From Clostridia bacterium (GTDB taxonomy: Bacteria > Bacillota > Clostridia > TANB77 > UBA1234), in contig JAFXCN010000026.1 of assembly GCA_017521465.1 (NCBI GenBank), positions 1 to 26,970 of the forward strand: a stretch of DNA of 26,970 nt, read 5' to 3'. The position numbers and the translations under genes are program-made. Positions 26,923 to 26,970 of this stretch are shown here, in pieces (positions within the stretch are counted from its first letter, which is position 1; each line of letters opens with the position of its first letter). A model generated the notes under the pieces. That model saw only the letters and a list, made by a program, of their open reading frames with translations. It ran no database searches and had not been told where the DNA came from.

Positions 26923-26970
26923 TTTATGTCCGACGTAAAGTGTTCGCTGGGCGGATATTTATGTCCGACG
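26923..26970. repeat. Two direct copies of TTTATGTCCGACG with 35-nt period, truncated by the window edge
   Basis: Copies at 26923-26935 and 26958-26970 are separated by the G+C-rich TAAAGTGTTCGCTGGGCGGATA. The second copy ends exactly at the window end. Confidence 0.4.

Noticed and set aside
26923-26970. Start of a CRISPR array.
   Set aside because: The repeat is only 13 nt with a 35-nt period, far shorter than CRISPR repeat-plus-spacer units. Only two copies are visible and there are no cas genes in the window.

Overview
AT-rich Firmicutes/Clostridia-like chromosomal segment with a strict-anaerobe gene set. Hand-counted 60-nt samples give 13/60 and 17/60 G+C in typical genes. I call 28 protein genes, one cut by the left edge, and all but one lie on the minus strand with very short gaps. 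Most are housekeeping: rubrerythrin with a PerR-like Fur regulator, Tex, Dtd, YebC, CysS, PolA, a pssA-psd phospholipid pair, a DUF362 Fe-S protein, two HAD hydrolases, desulfoferrodoxin, a flavin-reductase/rubredoxin fusion, QueH and RuvB. I saw no rRNA, tRNA, CRISPR array, transposase or integrase. Several sigma-A-type promoters (17-bp spacers, extended -10) and intrinsic terminators can be read directly from the sequence. The most unusual locus is an XPB/SSL2-like DEAH helicase with a C-terminal transmembrane hairpin and an unknown tail. It is preceded by a small membrane-anchored protein and overlaps the flavin-reductase/rubredoxin gene by ATGA. Other items worth a second look: (1) a GC-richer tandem array of three paralogous bitopic membrane proteins at the left edge; (2) a GC-richer single-gene cassette with its own promoter and terminator between dtd and tex; (3) a ~62-nt G+C-rich nested-hairpin element; (4) structured palindromes in the tex 3' region; (5) a CCGACG-containing motif that I found only in intergenic DNA. 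All functional calls come from motif recognition in the supplied translations. No database search was possible.
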